64,000 nt of DNA from the human T2T-CHM13v2.0 reference genome, Homo sapiens (GCF_009914755.1 NC_060928.1); one strand, 5' to 3'. Numbered from the stretch's first letter, positions 29,010 to 45,968 are shown. A program made the numbers and translations. Notes: a model not told the origin generated them from the letters alone.

Positions 29010-30772
29010 CCATTTGATGACATTCAACATCCCTTGATGTTTTTGATACTCAAAAAAACAGTATAGAAGGATCATACCTCAACATAATAAAAGCCATATA
29101 TGACAGGCCCACAGCTAGTATTATACAGAATGTGGGAAAATTGAAAAACCTTTTCTCTAAGATCTGGAACATGACAAGAATGCCCACTGTCACTACTGTT
29201 ATTTAACATAGTACTGGAAGTCATAGCTAGAGCAATCAGACAAGAGAAAGCTATAAAGGGCATACAAAATGGAAAGGAAGAATTCAATTTATACTTGTTT
29301 GCTGATGATATGATCTTATATCTGGAAAAACCTAAGGACTCCACAAGAAAACTATTAGTCCTCAAACTATGAAATGACTACAAGAAAACATTGGAGAAAC
29401 TCTCCAGGACATTGGTCTGGGCAAAGATTTCTTAAGTAATACCTTACAAGCACAGGCAACCATAGCAAAACTGGACACATAGGATCACATCAAGTTGAAA
29501 AGCTTCTGCACAGCAAAAGATACAGTCAACAAAGTGAAGAGACAACTCACAGAATGAGAGAAAATATTTGTAAACTACACATCTGACAAGGGATTAATAA
29601 CCAGAATTTATAAGGAGCTTAAACAACTCTATAGGAAAACATCTAATAGTCTGATTATATAATGGGCAAAAGATCTGAATAGACATATCTTAAAAGAATA
29701 CAAACAAATGGAAAAAAATTTTGAAAAGGTGCTCAGCATCATTGATCATCAGAGAAACGCAAATCAAAACTACACTGAGATATCATATCACCCCCAGTTA
29801 AAATGGCTTATATCCAAAAGACAGGCAATAGCAAATGCTGGCAAGGACTGGAGAAAAGGAAACCCTTGTACACAACAATTTTTTAGTGGGAAATTAAATT
29901 AATACAACCACTATGAAGAATATTATGAAAGCTCCTCAAAAAACTAAAAATAGAACTACCATACAATCCACAATCCCACTGCTAGGTATATACTCAAAAG
30001 AAAGGAAATCAGCATATAAAAGAGCTTTCTGCACTCCCATGTTTATTGCAGCACTATTCACAGTAGCCAAGATTTGGAAGCAACCTAAGTGTGCATCCAC
30101 AGATGATTGGATAAGGAAAATGTGGTACATATACACCATGGAGCACTATTCACCCATAAAAATAACGAGATCCTGTCATTTGCAACAACATGGATAAAAC
30201 TGGAGATCATTATGTTATGTGAAATAAGCCAGGAACAAAAATACAAGCTGCTATTCTCAGTTATTTGTGGGAGCTAAAAATTAAAACAATTGAACTCATG
30301 GAGGTAGAGAGTAGAAGGATAATTACTAGAGGTGGGAAGGGTAGTGATCAGGTCAGAGGGGATGTGGGGATATTTAATTGGTACAAAAAATAATTAGAAT
30401 AAGAATAAGAAGTAGAATAATAAGTAGTATTTGGTTGCACAACAAAGCAACTATAGTCAATAATAATTTAATTTTACATCCAAAAATAAACTGTATAATT
30501 GGATTATTTATAACACAAAGGATAAATGCTTGAGATGATGGATACCTTATTTACACTGAGGTGATTATTACACTTTGGATAGCTGTATCAAAATATCTCA
30601 TGTACCTCATAAATATGTATACCTACTATGTACCAACAAAAATTAAAAATAAAAAACTGTGTCTTTTTAAGTTCCATCTGCTTTGTTCTTTGTGCATTAC
30701 GAAGTGCTCTCAGAGAAAAAGCCATAGACATCCTATGTCTTATCTAATGTGATTTTGTTTTTATAAGGGGTA

Positions 30773-30810
30773 GATAGAACAGTTTCTGCCTGATAGAACA
30801 GTTTCTGCCT
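30773..30810. repeat. Perfect 19-bp tandem duplication
   Basis: GATAGAACAGTTTCTGCCT x2. Confidence 0.97.
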
Positions 30811-31658
30811 GATTTTGATACCTTCAGAGTATTTTAATAAATAGTTTTCCCAGAGCTTTTTATTTGTGGGAATATTAGTCCAGTAAAAGCTTTTCTATCA
30901 CTACCGGAAACTAAACATGGGCCAATGACTTATAAACCCACTCCTGTGAATCACAAGGATGCAGAAAAGCTATGTCACTGTCTGAGAAGAGGGTGTTCTT
31001 CTTTCTATTTATATATGTGTAGCTTTAAATGAAACAATTTCACATATTTGTAATTTATTTTAATACTCTTCTTGAAGAAAATAGTTCACTACTTGGAAGT
31101 CACCTTTCCAATCTCGTGACAATATTATTTTTTAAAATCTGATTTTTCTATTTAAGTATGTTTATAAAGGTCATATTATGACACAAACTGTGAGAACATT
31201 GCTCACTCACTCTACACTTAGGCTATCCAACAATGTTGGTGATCCATGCTTGGATCTAAATGCTTGAGCCTTATTAGAACATCTTGGAGTTATCAAGGCC
31301 AATGACAAAAATTCACAGTGAGCCACACAGAGTGGTGGGTGGGAGTATACTTCAAACTGTAGAATGACTTTATCAGACAGTTTAAATTCTCAATGTGTGT
31401 ATAGCAGAGCATCAAATATTTACGTAAGAACTTTTTTAATTTTTTATTTTCTGGAATGATGTTGTTTGTGCTTTAAGTCTTGGTAATCAAGGCCAATCTC
31501 TTCTTATTAAAATTTTTAAAACTAGCTTCCAAAGACGTAACAAAATGCTTGTCTGGTTGTAATAAAAATTGAGATATAAGTAGAGGTGCTTTTCACAAGA
31601 ATAGCACATGAAATGTAAAATATGAAAGTGGTATCTGCTATAAGTGATTTTTTTGTTG

Positions 31659-32490
31659 TGTCTTAGTCTTTTCTGTCTGCTATAATAAAATATAAACTGA
31701 TTGACTTATTAGCAACAAAAATTTATGTCTCAAACAGTTTTGGAGGCTGGGAAGCTCAAAATCAAAGCATCAGCAGTCAGTGTCTGCTGAGGCCCATTTC
31801 CTGACTTATAGATGGTTCCTTGTTTTTTGTTTCGTTTTTTAATTTTACTTAAATTCGGGGATACATGTGCAGAACGTGCAGGTCTGTTACATAGGTATAC
31901 ATGGGCTATGGTGGTTTGCTGCACTTATCAACACATCATCTAGGTTTTAAGCCCCACATGCATTAGGTATTTGTTCTAATGCTCTGCCTCCCCTTGCCCC
32001 CTACCCCTCAACAGGTCCCAGGTGTATGATGTTCCCCTCCCTGTGTCCATGTGTTCTCATTGTTCAACTCCCACTTTCGAGTAAGAACATGCAGTATTTG
32101 GTTTTCTGTTCCTGTGTTAGTTTGCTGAGGATGTTGGTTTCCAGCTTCATCCATGTCCCTGCAGAGGAAATGAACTCATTCTTTTTTATGGCTGCATAGT
32201 ATTCCAAGGTGCTATATTTTCTTTACCTAGTCTATCATTGATGGGCATTTGGGTTGGTTCCACGTCTTTGCTATCGTAAATAGTGCTGCAATAAACATAT
32301 TTGCCCTCACATAGTGAATGAGACAAATGAGCTCCCTTCAGCCTATTTTGTAAAATTCCTAATCCCCTTCATGAGGGTTCCAGCCTCATGACCTAGTCAG
32401 TTTCATAAGCCTTCTTCATCTACCACCATCACACTGGTGAGTAGGTTTTGACATGCATTTGGGGTGAATGCTGTCATTCAGAGCAGAGCA
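31659..32490 (-). mobile_element. MLT1A/MLT1A0 solo LTR split by an L1 insertion
   Basis: TGTCTTAGTC start, GGAGGCTGGGAAG..CAAAATCAA; resumes at 32301 (CCTCACAT...CATGAGGGTTCCAGCCTCATGACCT) and ends CAGAGCA. Confidence 0.82.
31823..32300 (-). mobile_element. 5'-truncated L1PA7-10-like 3' end
   Basis: T tail, GGGATACATGTGCAGAACGTGCAGG...TAGGTTTTAAGCCCCACATGCATTAGG. Confidence 0.9.
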
Positions 32491-33069
32491 CACAGCCACA
32501 ACTCACTATTATTTACATGTAGAAATAAAGAATAAAATGATTTCAGGGCTTCTTTATATCCATGCTGAAGATAATATAAATAAAATATAAAATGCAATTT
32601 AAATGCTTATTCATTTACATCCATGACCATAAAATGCACTGCATAACTCATTTACATGTGTATAATGAATACATATTTTCTGAGGTCTTCTCATACAATC
32701 AGAAAGTCAGCATAATGAAATAACATCCTACATTTGATGTGGGGGCTGAGGGAAGAGGGAAAGCTGCATGTAAAGAAACAATTCTATTTTGTAAATGATT
32801 TAATCTTGATCACTAAATTATTAATTTTATATGTAATTTTATTACTTATATTTATATTATAATAAAATTGTGATAGTTATTCAATAGCAATTAATGAGGC
32901 AATAAGTTCACAGACATTGTGAAAAAGACTGAACAAGAAACAGTCCTAAGCTAGTGGATTTGATAATATCGTAAGAAGATACGTATGAGTGAAATATGGT
33001 GAGTACTGTCACAGACTCTCACGTCATATTCCAGAAACATTGACTTTGTATGTGTAATACATTTGTTAA

Positions 33070-34300
33070 TATTTGTATTGTGTGGTACATAAACATAAAG
33101 AAAGTTATAGAGATAATATAGTACTAACACTCTTTACCTATGCCTTGTTACTATTACAAATTGTTAATATTTTAAATTTTTAATAAATAAAATATTACAG
33201 AAAACTTGAACTCCCTTTTGTACTCCTTCTTCTCCCTATTCTCTGAAGATAATTAGTATAATAAAGTTGTATAAGCTCCCTGAATGCTTTTGAAATTTTG
33301 ACTGTGGATGTTTAAATCCATAAATAATATCTACTATTTAGTATTTTTTAAAACATTCACAACTTTTTTAATCATTCAACATTATGTTTGTGAAATTAAT
33401 CTATTTGATTCTTAGAATCCACTCATTTTTACTACTGAAAAGCATTTAGTCATGTAAATATACCAATATTTATTAATCAGTTTTCCAGCTGATTTAGTTT
33501 CTTCCAATTTTAGGTTAGGTCACTACAAACATTTTTGTGTGTGTTTCCTTGTGTATAGTTAAAAGAGTGAAACTATAGTGTATATATTTAAGTGTGGCAT
33601 TGCTGTATCTTAAGAGATGCAATCTTTAGCTTTACCAGATATTATAAAACAATTCTACAAATTTGTTGTAACCATTTTTATTCCACTGGGTGAGTATGAG
33701 AATGTACATTGTTCTACATCTTCAATGATATTTCATATGGTCAGACTTTTGAGTCTAGTAGCTATCATGTTGATTAAATTTCACTTTTTAATCTATTAAT
33801 GAGTTGATTGATATATTTATTAGCTACTTAGGATTCTTCTTCCATGAATTACCTGCTTATATTCTTTTTCCGTTTTTAAATAATTATATGGGTATTTCTC
33901 TTTGGTTTGTAGAGATTATATATTTTTCAGTTAAACTTTGTTGATTATATGGATTAAAAACACCTTTCACTCTGTATTTTATCTTTGAACTTTGTTTATT
34001 TTTTCAAAGGAAGATTTCAATTTTAACATAGTTAAGTTTATCAATCTCTCTTTATGATTGCATTTTGTCTCAAGAAATTTTTCTTGAACTTAATATGATA
34101 AATATATCAACATATTTTCTTACAAATTTTGTTAAAGTTTTGAATTTTTCACATTTATGGTTTTCAATCAATCTGGATTATATTTTTGTAATATAGTAGG
34201 AATATATTAGTAGAATATTGTAGAAATACATTAGTAGAATATAGTAGAAAATTATTTTTCTCTTTATTGACAATTACCTGTTTCAGTATTTCTAATACCA
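33070..34300 (-). mobile_element. Degraded L1ME-type fragments
   Basis: Antisense L1M motifs (TTTTATTCCACT..GTATGAGAATG, CATTTTGTCTCAAGAAAT, ATCAATCTGGATTATATTTTTG). Confidence 0.55.
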
Positions 34301-36699
34301 TTATTCTTCATGGCTAATGTGTAATGTCTTAACTGGGTGCACTGGTTCTGTTTGCTGAATCATGTCTTCTTTTTGCTTAATTTCTCAAAGGGAAATTCAA
34401 AAAATAAGTGGCTCCAGGAGGATGGCACCTACTGGCTCTGTTCATTAAAATAACTAAGATCTTTTATCATATTTTTTGGTTGCTAAATAATTCCCACAAA
34501 TTATTTTGGATAATTGAGTGCTTAATTAAAAGAAAGAGGGTCAAAGGTATCATTGCATTTAGAAAGAGTACTTGAAATATCTTCAGTCTGAGTCTTTGAA
34601 TCAGCAGGAATAAATCAGTTTGAACATAAAAATAAATATAATTAATAATATTTTCTTGTTATACTCCTGGGCTCTTTTTTAGTTCAGTCTAGAATTCAGT
34701 ACAGCTTTCTAGGAGCCTAATATGTGATGAAGTCATAACATTTGTGTTGGATGGTGGTTCTGGAGCAATGTTTTAGTTGTCTGTTTAGTACATTTCTTAA
34801 ATCTCTCTCAATGTAAGGGCTGAATAATTGATAGCACACATGTGCAGAAAAGTGAACTCAAAGCAATTTTCAGTGAAGCATGAGTAGGTTGTCAAAATTC
34901 CACCTATTCTTCACGTATTTCAGGTGAAATCTCACACACACACAACTCACACACACACTTCTCAGATCACATCGGAGAATGTAGGTGTCTATATAGAAAA
35001 TAGGAAATTAGTTCATTTACACAGGCTGTAATCCACAACAGATCTAGTAAGGAAACAAATATATCTGAATTTTCCAATGCGAAAGAAACAGATTAATCAT
35101 GAATAATACAAAGCAGGAGAGACTTTAGATGATGGTTTTCTAGCCTGAGGGCATACAAACCCAGACAGGAATTTGAAATAATCACTTTTGTCTTTACTGC
35201 CCATCTGTCTCTTTCTCTGCTGCTCTGCAATTTGAAGTCTTCTGGAATCTCATCTTTCCTGCTGTATCGAGGCTTAGTTTTCTGGATTTGCCCTGAGCTC
35301 TTCACTCTAGTCAGTGTTGTGGTATATCTCTATTAGGTGTCAAAAAGAAGGCAATGTGATTCACATGAGTGTAGGAATTACTGATGCCATCCAAGACTAT
35401 ATTTTATAAAAGAATGACAAGGACTAATTGGTAAAAATTAAAAGAGAACATAATTTGTATGAAAATAGTGCTAGGAACTAAGCTAGTATTATGGGGCTTA
35501 ACTTTTAGTGCTCTAAGAACTTGAGAAAGAGATATAAATATACATATTTTTTCCACAATGCAAGAACAAATGCAGGACATATGTGGTGGGAGGCTGGCAG
35601 AGGGAATCTGTCTTCTTCCCATCAATTACATTACTAAGATGAGCTGCACAAAAGTCCCCTCTTTTACCCTGATGCATGTTGGCGCCACATGTTCTTCTGG
35701 TCCTCCAGGATAAAATCCATCTCACTCCCTCAAGTAACTACATTTACCCCTGTTGCACATCAGGATAATAAGGAGAATTTGATAAACTATTTGAAAATAT
35801 TATTGACCAGTATTATACACCAATGACAAATTTTACAAACTAGGTACTATTTAAAAGCTGAACTTATTTAAAAATAATGAATCATATCAGCTGTGAGCGC
35901 AAATTAAAACAATAAACAAATAAAATGTACTATTCAAATGTCATTAACAAAGCTTTACGTAAGAGTTAAAAGGGCTAGCTCAAATCTTGACTAGATTGTA
36001 AAGTTAGTCTATCTTCCATGCTTTCTTAAAAATTCTTTATGTTAGGTTTACAACACCTCTTTGATGCTCTTCAATTTTATAAACCTGAGTCAATGCAATT
36101 TAGCAGAACTTTACTGCACACATATTCTACACAACAATCTGCGTTACGCATTTTGAAGCATAAAAAGGGGGACTTATACTTCCTCCCTTAATGAGCTTGC
36201 CGCGTATGAATCTTTAAAGCAGCAGCAGCGAACATAAATGTCCTTGGGCCAGGAAGGGAAAATGAAGCAGGTGGGGGGTGAAAAACAACAGGGCGTGGTT
36301 GGGACCATGGTAAGTTGGAGAGGAGAGGCAGCCTTCCAAAAGGGTAAGAGGTGAGCTATTCAGCTCTGGCTTATTGCCATGCAGGAATACAGACTCATTG
36401 TTACCACATCTTGTGGTTTTTTTGAAAAGCATTTTTATGTGAAATATGGTTTTCAACTATTGACAACAAATTTTAAAAATTAAATGTCAAGGAAAACGTG
36501 ATTGCAGGCTGAATATTTCACATAGGCTGACAGTTTTAAAACCATAACTTTATAGTGTGTGCTTGGAATATTCCACATACTCTGTTGAGAATAATTAATC
36601 CATCCCTTCCCAAACATTGTCATTTGAGTGAAAATGAGCCATGACTTCTAGCTTACCAGATATAAGAAGAATATAATTTTTTTCTGTCTTTTTTACTTT

Positions 36700-37425
36700 T
36701 TACTCAGCAACATTTGCCAAACATGACCATCCCCTGCTTCTAACACTATACTTTCTTACCTTCCCTCCTAATACACTGACATTTCTTCCCAGTCTCTTTG
36801 GCAGCTCTGCCACTCTGAATCGTGCTCATATATGGGTGTTACTCACCTTTGTATCTTCAACCTAGATTGCTCTTCCCCTCTCACTTATATCGGTGCTTCC
36901 CACTTCCATCTGCTTGGATGTCTAACAGGTGTCTTGTCCCAAAATCTACTCTTAATTTTTTCACAATACTGATCATCCCCAGTTGGCTTCATTGCAGCAC
37001 CTGGTGTCAGTTGCTTAATCTACGCACTGGCTCAAGGTAGAAATCTGAGATTTATTCTTGATATCTTCCTATTAACTTTGTCCAATTCTCTCCATTTTCA
37101 CTGTGGCCACACTAGCCCTAGCTACCATCATCTTTCACCTTAATTGCTAAAAAAGCCTCCCAACATGTCTCCTTGAATTAATCCTTGCTTATTATCATAC
37201 AGCAGCCAAAGATCTTTTTAAATGTCAATTTTTTCATCATACTTTCCTACTTCAAAACCTTCAATGGTCTTTTGGACCTTTGGGTAAAATTCAAAATCCT
37301 TACCATGGGCTGCCTGGCTCTGTGTGGGCTAGAATCCCCTGCCTCTGCACTCTGACCAAGCAACTGTATGCCTTGCACAGTACAACCCAGCCACATTCCT
37401 CTTCTCCAACAAACCAAGCTTCTCA
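36700..37425 (+). mobile_element. L2 LINE fragment
   Basis: CTGCTTGGATGTCTAACAGG, CTACCATCATCTTTCACCT, TCAAAACCTTCAATGG, AAAATTCAAAATCCTTACCATGG. Confidence 0.75.
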
Positions 37426-37863
37426 CCATGTCACCATGGTGTATAAACATATTTGCTAATAAAAAACATTTAGAAAAAGTTTCTCTGTCTGGCTTCCATA
37501 GTATATGTACATGGTATCCTGATCCTTCAACTAAGATGTAACAGCCAATGTCAAGGTCAGGAAGTTTAGTGAAATATTGGTGAACCTCAGAATATATTGT
37601 TTTTAGTCATCATCTCAAACAGCCCTGGAAAGTTGAGTAAGTTGTAAACAAAGTGTTTTACTGTTGTGGGTGATCCTTCTGATATCAGTTTTTATTCCAT
37701 CCTATTCTGATGCCAACTTTCACTTTATTTCCTCATTGAAACAAAGGAGTATTTTGTAATACAAAATCAAACACAAATTATTGCACTGTGTATTCTACTT
37801 AGAAGATCACATTATCTCAGACTGGATCTAGGACAGTCAGAAAATCTGGGCAACACAGATTTT

Positions 37864-38713
37864 CAGTTGACCTTTGAACAACACAAGTTTGACCTGGACA
37901 GGTCGACTTACACATGAATTTTTTTCAATGACTATGTTGGAAAATTTTTGGAGATTTGCAATAATTTAAAAAAATTGGAAGACAAACTGCATAGCCTAGA
38001 GATATGAAAAAAATAGGGTAAAGATAGGTAAGTCATAAAAACATAAAATATATGTACATACTGGTCTATTTTATCACTACCATAAAATGTACAAAAAATC
38101 TATTATAAAAAGTTAAAATTTATCAAAGCTTATGCACACAAATACAGATTATGTACAGCACCATTCATGGTAGAAAGAAACGTAAACAAATGTGAAGATG
38201 CAGTATGAAATCATAAGCGCATAAAATCAACTGTGGTACATGTACTACTGTAATAACTTAGTGATCACCTCTTGTTGCTATTGTGGTGAGTTCAAGTGTG
38301 GCAAGTATCCACTTAAAATGTATGTGACACTAATAATCTGCCCCTCAGCAGTTTATCTCTCCAGTAAATTTCCTATCACAGAAAAAGTGATCTCTCAGCA
38401 TTTCAGACATATGATTTATCTTGTAAGCAAACAACATAAATTTACAGGATCGATAAATATGGTACAGTACTATTTTCTCTTCCTTATGACTTTCTTAATA
38501 ACATTTTCTTTTTTCTAACTTTATTGTAAGAATATATTATATAATATATATAACATACAAAACATATGTTAATCGACAGCTTACATTGTCAGTAAGCTTC
38601 TAGTCAATAGTACGCTGTTAGTAGTTAAGTTTTTAGGAAGTCAAAAGTTACATGCAGATTTCCTGCACAGGGGTTTAGCACCCCTAATCCACATGCTGTT
38701 CAAGGGTCAATTG
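37864..38713 (+). mobile_element. Tigger2b-type internally deleted DNA transposon
   Basis: TIRs CAGTTGACCTTTGAACAACAC ... ATGCTGTTCAAGGGTCAATTG. Confidence 0.88.
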
Positions 38714-38724
38714 AATCTTTTTCC

Positions 38725-39232
38725 ACAAATAATTACTGAGTCCCCACTATATGAGAGACATTGTACTAAGTCACTGGGATATGCTGGTGAGGAAAACACA
38801 GAAACCTCTCCTGGAGTTTATGGTACAGTTGAGGAGACAGCTATAAATCAAATAATCACACAAAGAACTATATTATTATAAGTTGAGATAAGTGCCATGA
38901 CGAAAAGGGTCACAGTGAACCAAGAGAGTATGATAGAGGAAACTGGCCTAGTTTAGGGGATTGGAAAGTCCCTCTTTAGAAAATAATGCCTAAGTCAAGG
39001 CATAAAGAAGAACAGGGATTACCAGCTAAAGAGCAATTTAAGGGAGTTGTAGAAAAAGGGACAACTTTCCAGGGATTGAAATGACATGTGCAAAGGCCCT
39101 GAAACCAAAGAGTTTGGTATGATCAAGAAGCTGAATGAAGGCCAGTATTCCGTGTCCACCATGTTTATATAGAGCAGAAGTTATTTCATATATGATGCTA
39201 TTGGAGGAACAGGCATGGGCCAGGTCACTCAG
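38725..39232 (-). mobile_element. L2 3' portion (continues at 41582)
   Basis: TACTGAG..CACTATATG...GATAAGTGCCATGA...ATGTGCAAAGGCCCTGA. Confidence 0.75.
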
Positions 39233-39269
39233 GATGACTTTTTTTTTTTTGGAAGAAAGGAAAAAAATT

Positions 39270-39370
39270 AATATTTTAGTACTTTTACTGACACTTTTTT
39301 CCTGACTTTTGAAAAAAAGGTCCTGAATTTCCATTTGCATTGGGCTTTGCAAATTATGTGGCTGGTCTTG
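39270..39370 (+). mobile_element. MER53-like hAT MITE 3' half
   Basis: TTTGCATTGGGCTTTGCAAATTATGTGGCTGGTCTTG resembles the MER53 terminus. Confidence 0.6.
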
Positions 39371-39411
39371 CCTGCAGAGCTTGTTACTGGGTGGTTGGGG
39401 GTCAGTGAGTC

Positions 39412-42020
<2,609 letters not shown>

Positions 42021-42739
42021 TACTTAAAGGTTCTTACTCTCTTGTCCTACAATTTTTCTGTCTTCATCCATCAAAATTGTATACAGAGACAGTAAGCTAT
42101 AAATAAAAATATTTATGGGTTATACTCATTGAGTAATATATGTTAACCTTTTGCTAATCAGATGCATTTTGAAAAGTCTGAAGATTTGAGTTACACAGAT
42201 TTTACAATGAAATAATCTGCCTGCTTTTTAAAAATGCTAATGACTAGATGTGGGCTGATTCCAATGGGAATTCTTTAGCCGATACCAGTACAAGCCAGCT
42301 ATCAAGTCAGAAACAAAAGCAATCTGTTGTCATGTTATATACTTCACCCAGAAATAAGAAGAGTAAATTTGCTGCCAGGCCATATTGAATGCATTCCTAA
42401 TATGCAATGTACTTGTGTACTTTCAATCCTTCTAAGATTCATATTAGTCACAATCACAGAAGTCTTTTCAAATGTAGACAAGTATTAAAATTGAACATGT
42501 GGGGGAAAAACAGAAAGTAAATAATAATTGATAATTATGAAAGCTATTCAGTCTGCTCTTTTGATAATATATGAGTGAATTCTGTAAGAAGCGTACTCAA
42601 ACACTGTATCTGAGCCCATTTTAATCACCCAACACAAATTTTGATAAAGCAATCTAAATTTGGGAATTCAAAGTATATCAATTAGTAAAAACAGCAACAA
42701 AAATAACACTTTATTGCTATAAACATTTATATAAGTATA

Positions 42740-43060
42740 TCTCCATGTATGGGATATATATTCAGGAATGCTTATAGCAACATTATATGGACAAAATTCT
42801 GGCAACAATTTAAATTATCAATAAGAAAATGTTTGCATGAATTCTGATAGAGTCATGCAGTTAACCATTTAAAATAATTCAGCAAGTCTGTGTGAATTTG
42901 CCTGAAAAGGCCATAAAATATTATAAATAAAGTGAAAAGGAAATATCTGCATATAATACAATCTCATTTTAGTAGATAAGTGAAATATATATAGGTACAA
43001 ATATGTTTAGTATAAACATAAATGTGTTCAAGAAGGATAACTATTTTACTAAATGAATTG
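42740..43060 (+). mobile_element. Degraded L1ME 3' fragment
   Basis: CAGGAATGCTTATAGCAACATTAT...CTGGCAACAATTTAAAT resembles the L1M ORF2 end. Confidence 0.45.
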
Positions 43061-43253
43061 GGCTTAGTAAGATTTAAGTATATGGAAAAAAAACCCTTTA
43101 TTCCTTCTCACCACACTCTGTTGAATTCATTATGTTGACACTTTCTTTCCCAGATCTGTACAGAAATTTAAGCAGGTCCCTTAGCTTTTACAGTCACCCT
43201 TAGATAAATTTTAGAAGTTTTCTGAAGTGGATTACTCCTATAAGTCAATTGGT

Positions 43254-43255
<2 letters not shown>

Positions 43256-43289
<34 letters not shown>

Positions 43290-43300
43290 CCAAAAACAAC
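43256..43300. repeat. (CAAAA)n simple repeat
   Basis: Direct reading of the sequence. Confidence 0.9.
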
Positions 43301-45968
43301 AGAACAGAAAAGCAATAGGAAAACACCAAATGCTAGTGAAGATGTGGAGCAACAGGAACTCTCATTCGTTGCTGATGGGCATGCAAAATGCTACAGCCAC
43401 TTTGGAAAAAAGCTGGGTGTTTTCTTATAAAACTAAATGTACTCTGACCACACAATTCAGCAAATGTGCTTCTCGATATTTACATAAAGGAGTTGAAAAC
43501 ATATGTCAACACAAAAACCTGCATATGGATATTTACAGAAGCTTTATTTATAAATGCCAAAACTTGGAGATGACCAAGATGTCCTGTAGTAAATGAATGA
43601 AGGGATAAACTGTAGTACATCCAGAGAATAGAATATTATTATTTTGTTGTGTTTTATTTGTAGGGGCTTGAAGTTGTTTTAGTTAAATTTCAACTTTTAT
43701 TTTAGATTAAGAGGGTACATGTGCAGGTTTGCTACATGGTCATATTGTGTGGAACTTAGGTTTGGGTTATGAATGATCCTATCACCCAGGTACTGAGCAT
43801 CGTGCCCAGTAGGTAGGCTTTCCACCATTGCCCCCACCCCTTCCTATTCTCTGTCTAGCAGTTCTCAGTGTTTATTGTTCCCATCTTTATGTCCATGTGT
43901 ACCCAAATGTTTAGCTCCCACTTATAAGTGAAAACATGCAGTATTTGGTTTTCTATTCCTGTGTTAATTCACTTAGGATTATGGCTTCTAGCTGCATCCA
44001 TATTGGTGCAAAGAACATGATTTCATTCCTTCTTATAGCTGCATAGTATTCTATAGTGTATATGTATCACATTGTTTATGCAGTCCATGACTGATGAGCA
44101 TCTGGGTTAATTCCATGTCTTTGCTATTGTGAACAGTGCTGTGATGAACATATAAGTACATGTGTCTTTTTGGTAGAATTACTTATCTTCCTTTGGGTAT
44201 ATACCCAGTAATGGGATTGTTGGGTTAAATGGTAGTTCTGTTTTTCTTTGGGAAATCTTCAATTGCTCTCCAGAGTGGATTTACTAGTTTATATTCCCAC
44301 CACCAATGTATAAGTGTTCCCTTTTCTCTGCAGCCTGCCAGCATCTGTTGTTTTTTGACGTTTTAATAATAGCTATTCTGATTGGTATGAGATGGTATCT
44401 CATAGAGGTTTTGATTTTCATTTCTCTGATGATTATCAATGTTGAGCATTTTTTTCATGTTTGTTGGCTGTTCATATGTTGAATTTTTGTGTTTGTTTGC
44501 TGCTTGTACGTCTTTTGAGAAATGTCTGTTCATGTCCTTTGCTCTCTTTTTAATGACGTTATTTGCTTTCTGCTTGTTGAATTGTTCAAGTTTCTTATAG
44601 ATTCTGGGTATTACACCTTCATCAGATGCATAGTTTGCAAATATTTTCTCCCATTCTGTAGGTTGTCTGTTTATTCTGTTGATAGTTTATCTTGCTGTGC
44701 AGAAGCTCTTTAGTTTAATTTGGTATGGTTTGTCAATTTTTGTTTTTGTTGCAATTGCTTTTGAGAACTTAGCCATAAATTATTTGCTAAGGCCAATGTC
44801 GAGAAGAGTATTTCCTAGGTTTTCTTCTAGGACTTTTGTAGTTTTAGGTCTTACATTTAATCTTTAATTCATTTGAGTTAATTTTTGTATATGGTGAAAG
44901 GTAAGGGTCCAGTTTGATTCTTCTTCATATGGCTAGCTCCTTATCCCAGCACAACTTATTAAATAGTGAGTCCTTTCCTCATTGCTTATTATTGTTGACT
45001 TTGTTGAAGATCATATGGTTTTAACTGCATGGCATTATTTCTGGGCTCTTTATTCTGTCCCATTGGTCTATTTGTCAGTTTCTGTACCAGTACTATACTA
45101 TTTTGTTTACTGTAACCTTATAGTGTAGTTTCAAGTTGGCTATGTGATGCCTTCAGCTTTGTACATTTTGCTTAGGATTGCTTTGATTATTGATGCTCTT
45201 GTTTGGTTTCACATGAATTTTATTAATATAATATTTTTTTCTAATTCTGTGAAAAAAATGATGCTGGCAATTTGATAGGAATAGTGTTGAATCTATAGAT
45301 TTCTTTGGGCAATATGGCCATTTTTACATTATTGATTCTTCCTATGCATGAACATGGAATATTTTTTCATTTGTTTGTGTAATCTATGATTTCTTTCAGC
45401 GATGTTTTATAATTTCTGTAGAGATCTTTCACCCCCTTGGTTAGGTGGATTCCTAGGTATTTTATTATTTTTGTGGCAGTTGTGATGGGATTGTGGCCTT
45501 GATTTGGCTCTCAGCTTAAACATTATTGGTGTATAGAAATGTTACTGATTTTTGTATATTTATTTTTTGTATCCTGAAACTTTACTAAATTGGTTTATTT
45601 TTCTAGGAAGCTTTTGGTGGAATCTTTAGGATTTTGTAGGTATAGAATCATATTGTCAGTGAAAAAAGATAGTTTGACTTATATTATTTTCCTATTTGAA
45701 TACCTTCATTTCTTTATCTTGCCTGATCACTCTGGCTAGGACTTCCAGTACTATGGTGAATAGGAGTGGTGAGAGTGGGCATCCTTGTCTTGTTCTGGTT
45801 CTTACAAAGAATACTTTCAGTTTTTGCCCATTCAGTATGATGTTGGCTGTGGGTTAGTAATAGATGGCTCTTATTATTTTGAAGTATATTCCTTCAATGC
45901 CTGATTGTTTTGAGGATTTTTATTTTGAAGGAATATTGGATTTTAAAAATGTTTTCTGCATCTACTGA

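Noticed and set aside
34190-34250. Degenerate AATAT(T)AGTAG tandem repeat
   Set aside because: Short low-complexity slippage within an old L1ME; no further structure
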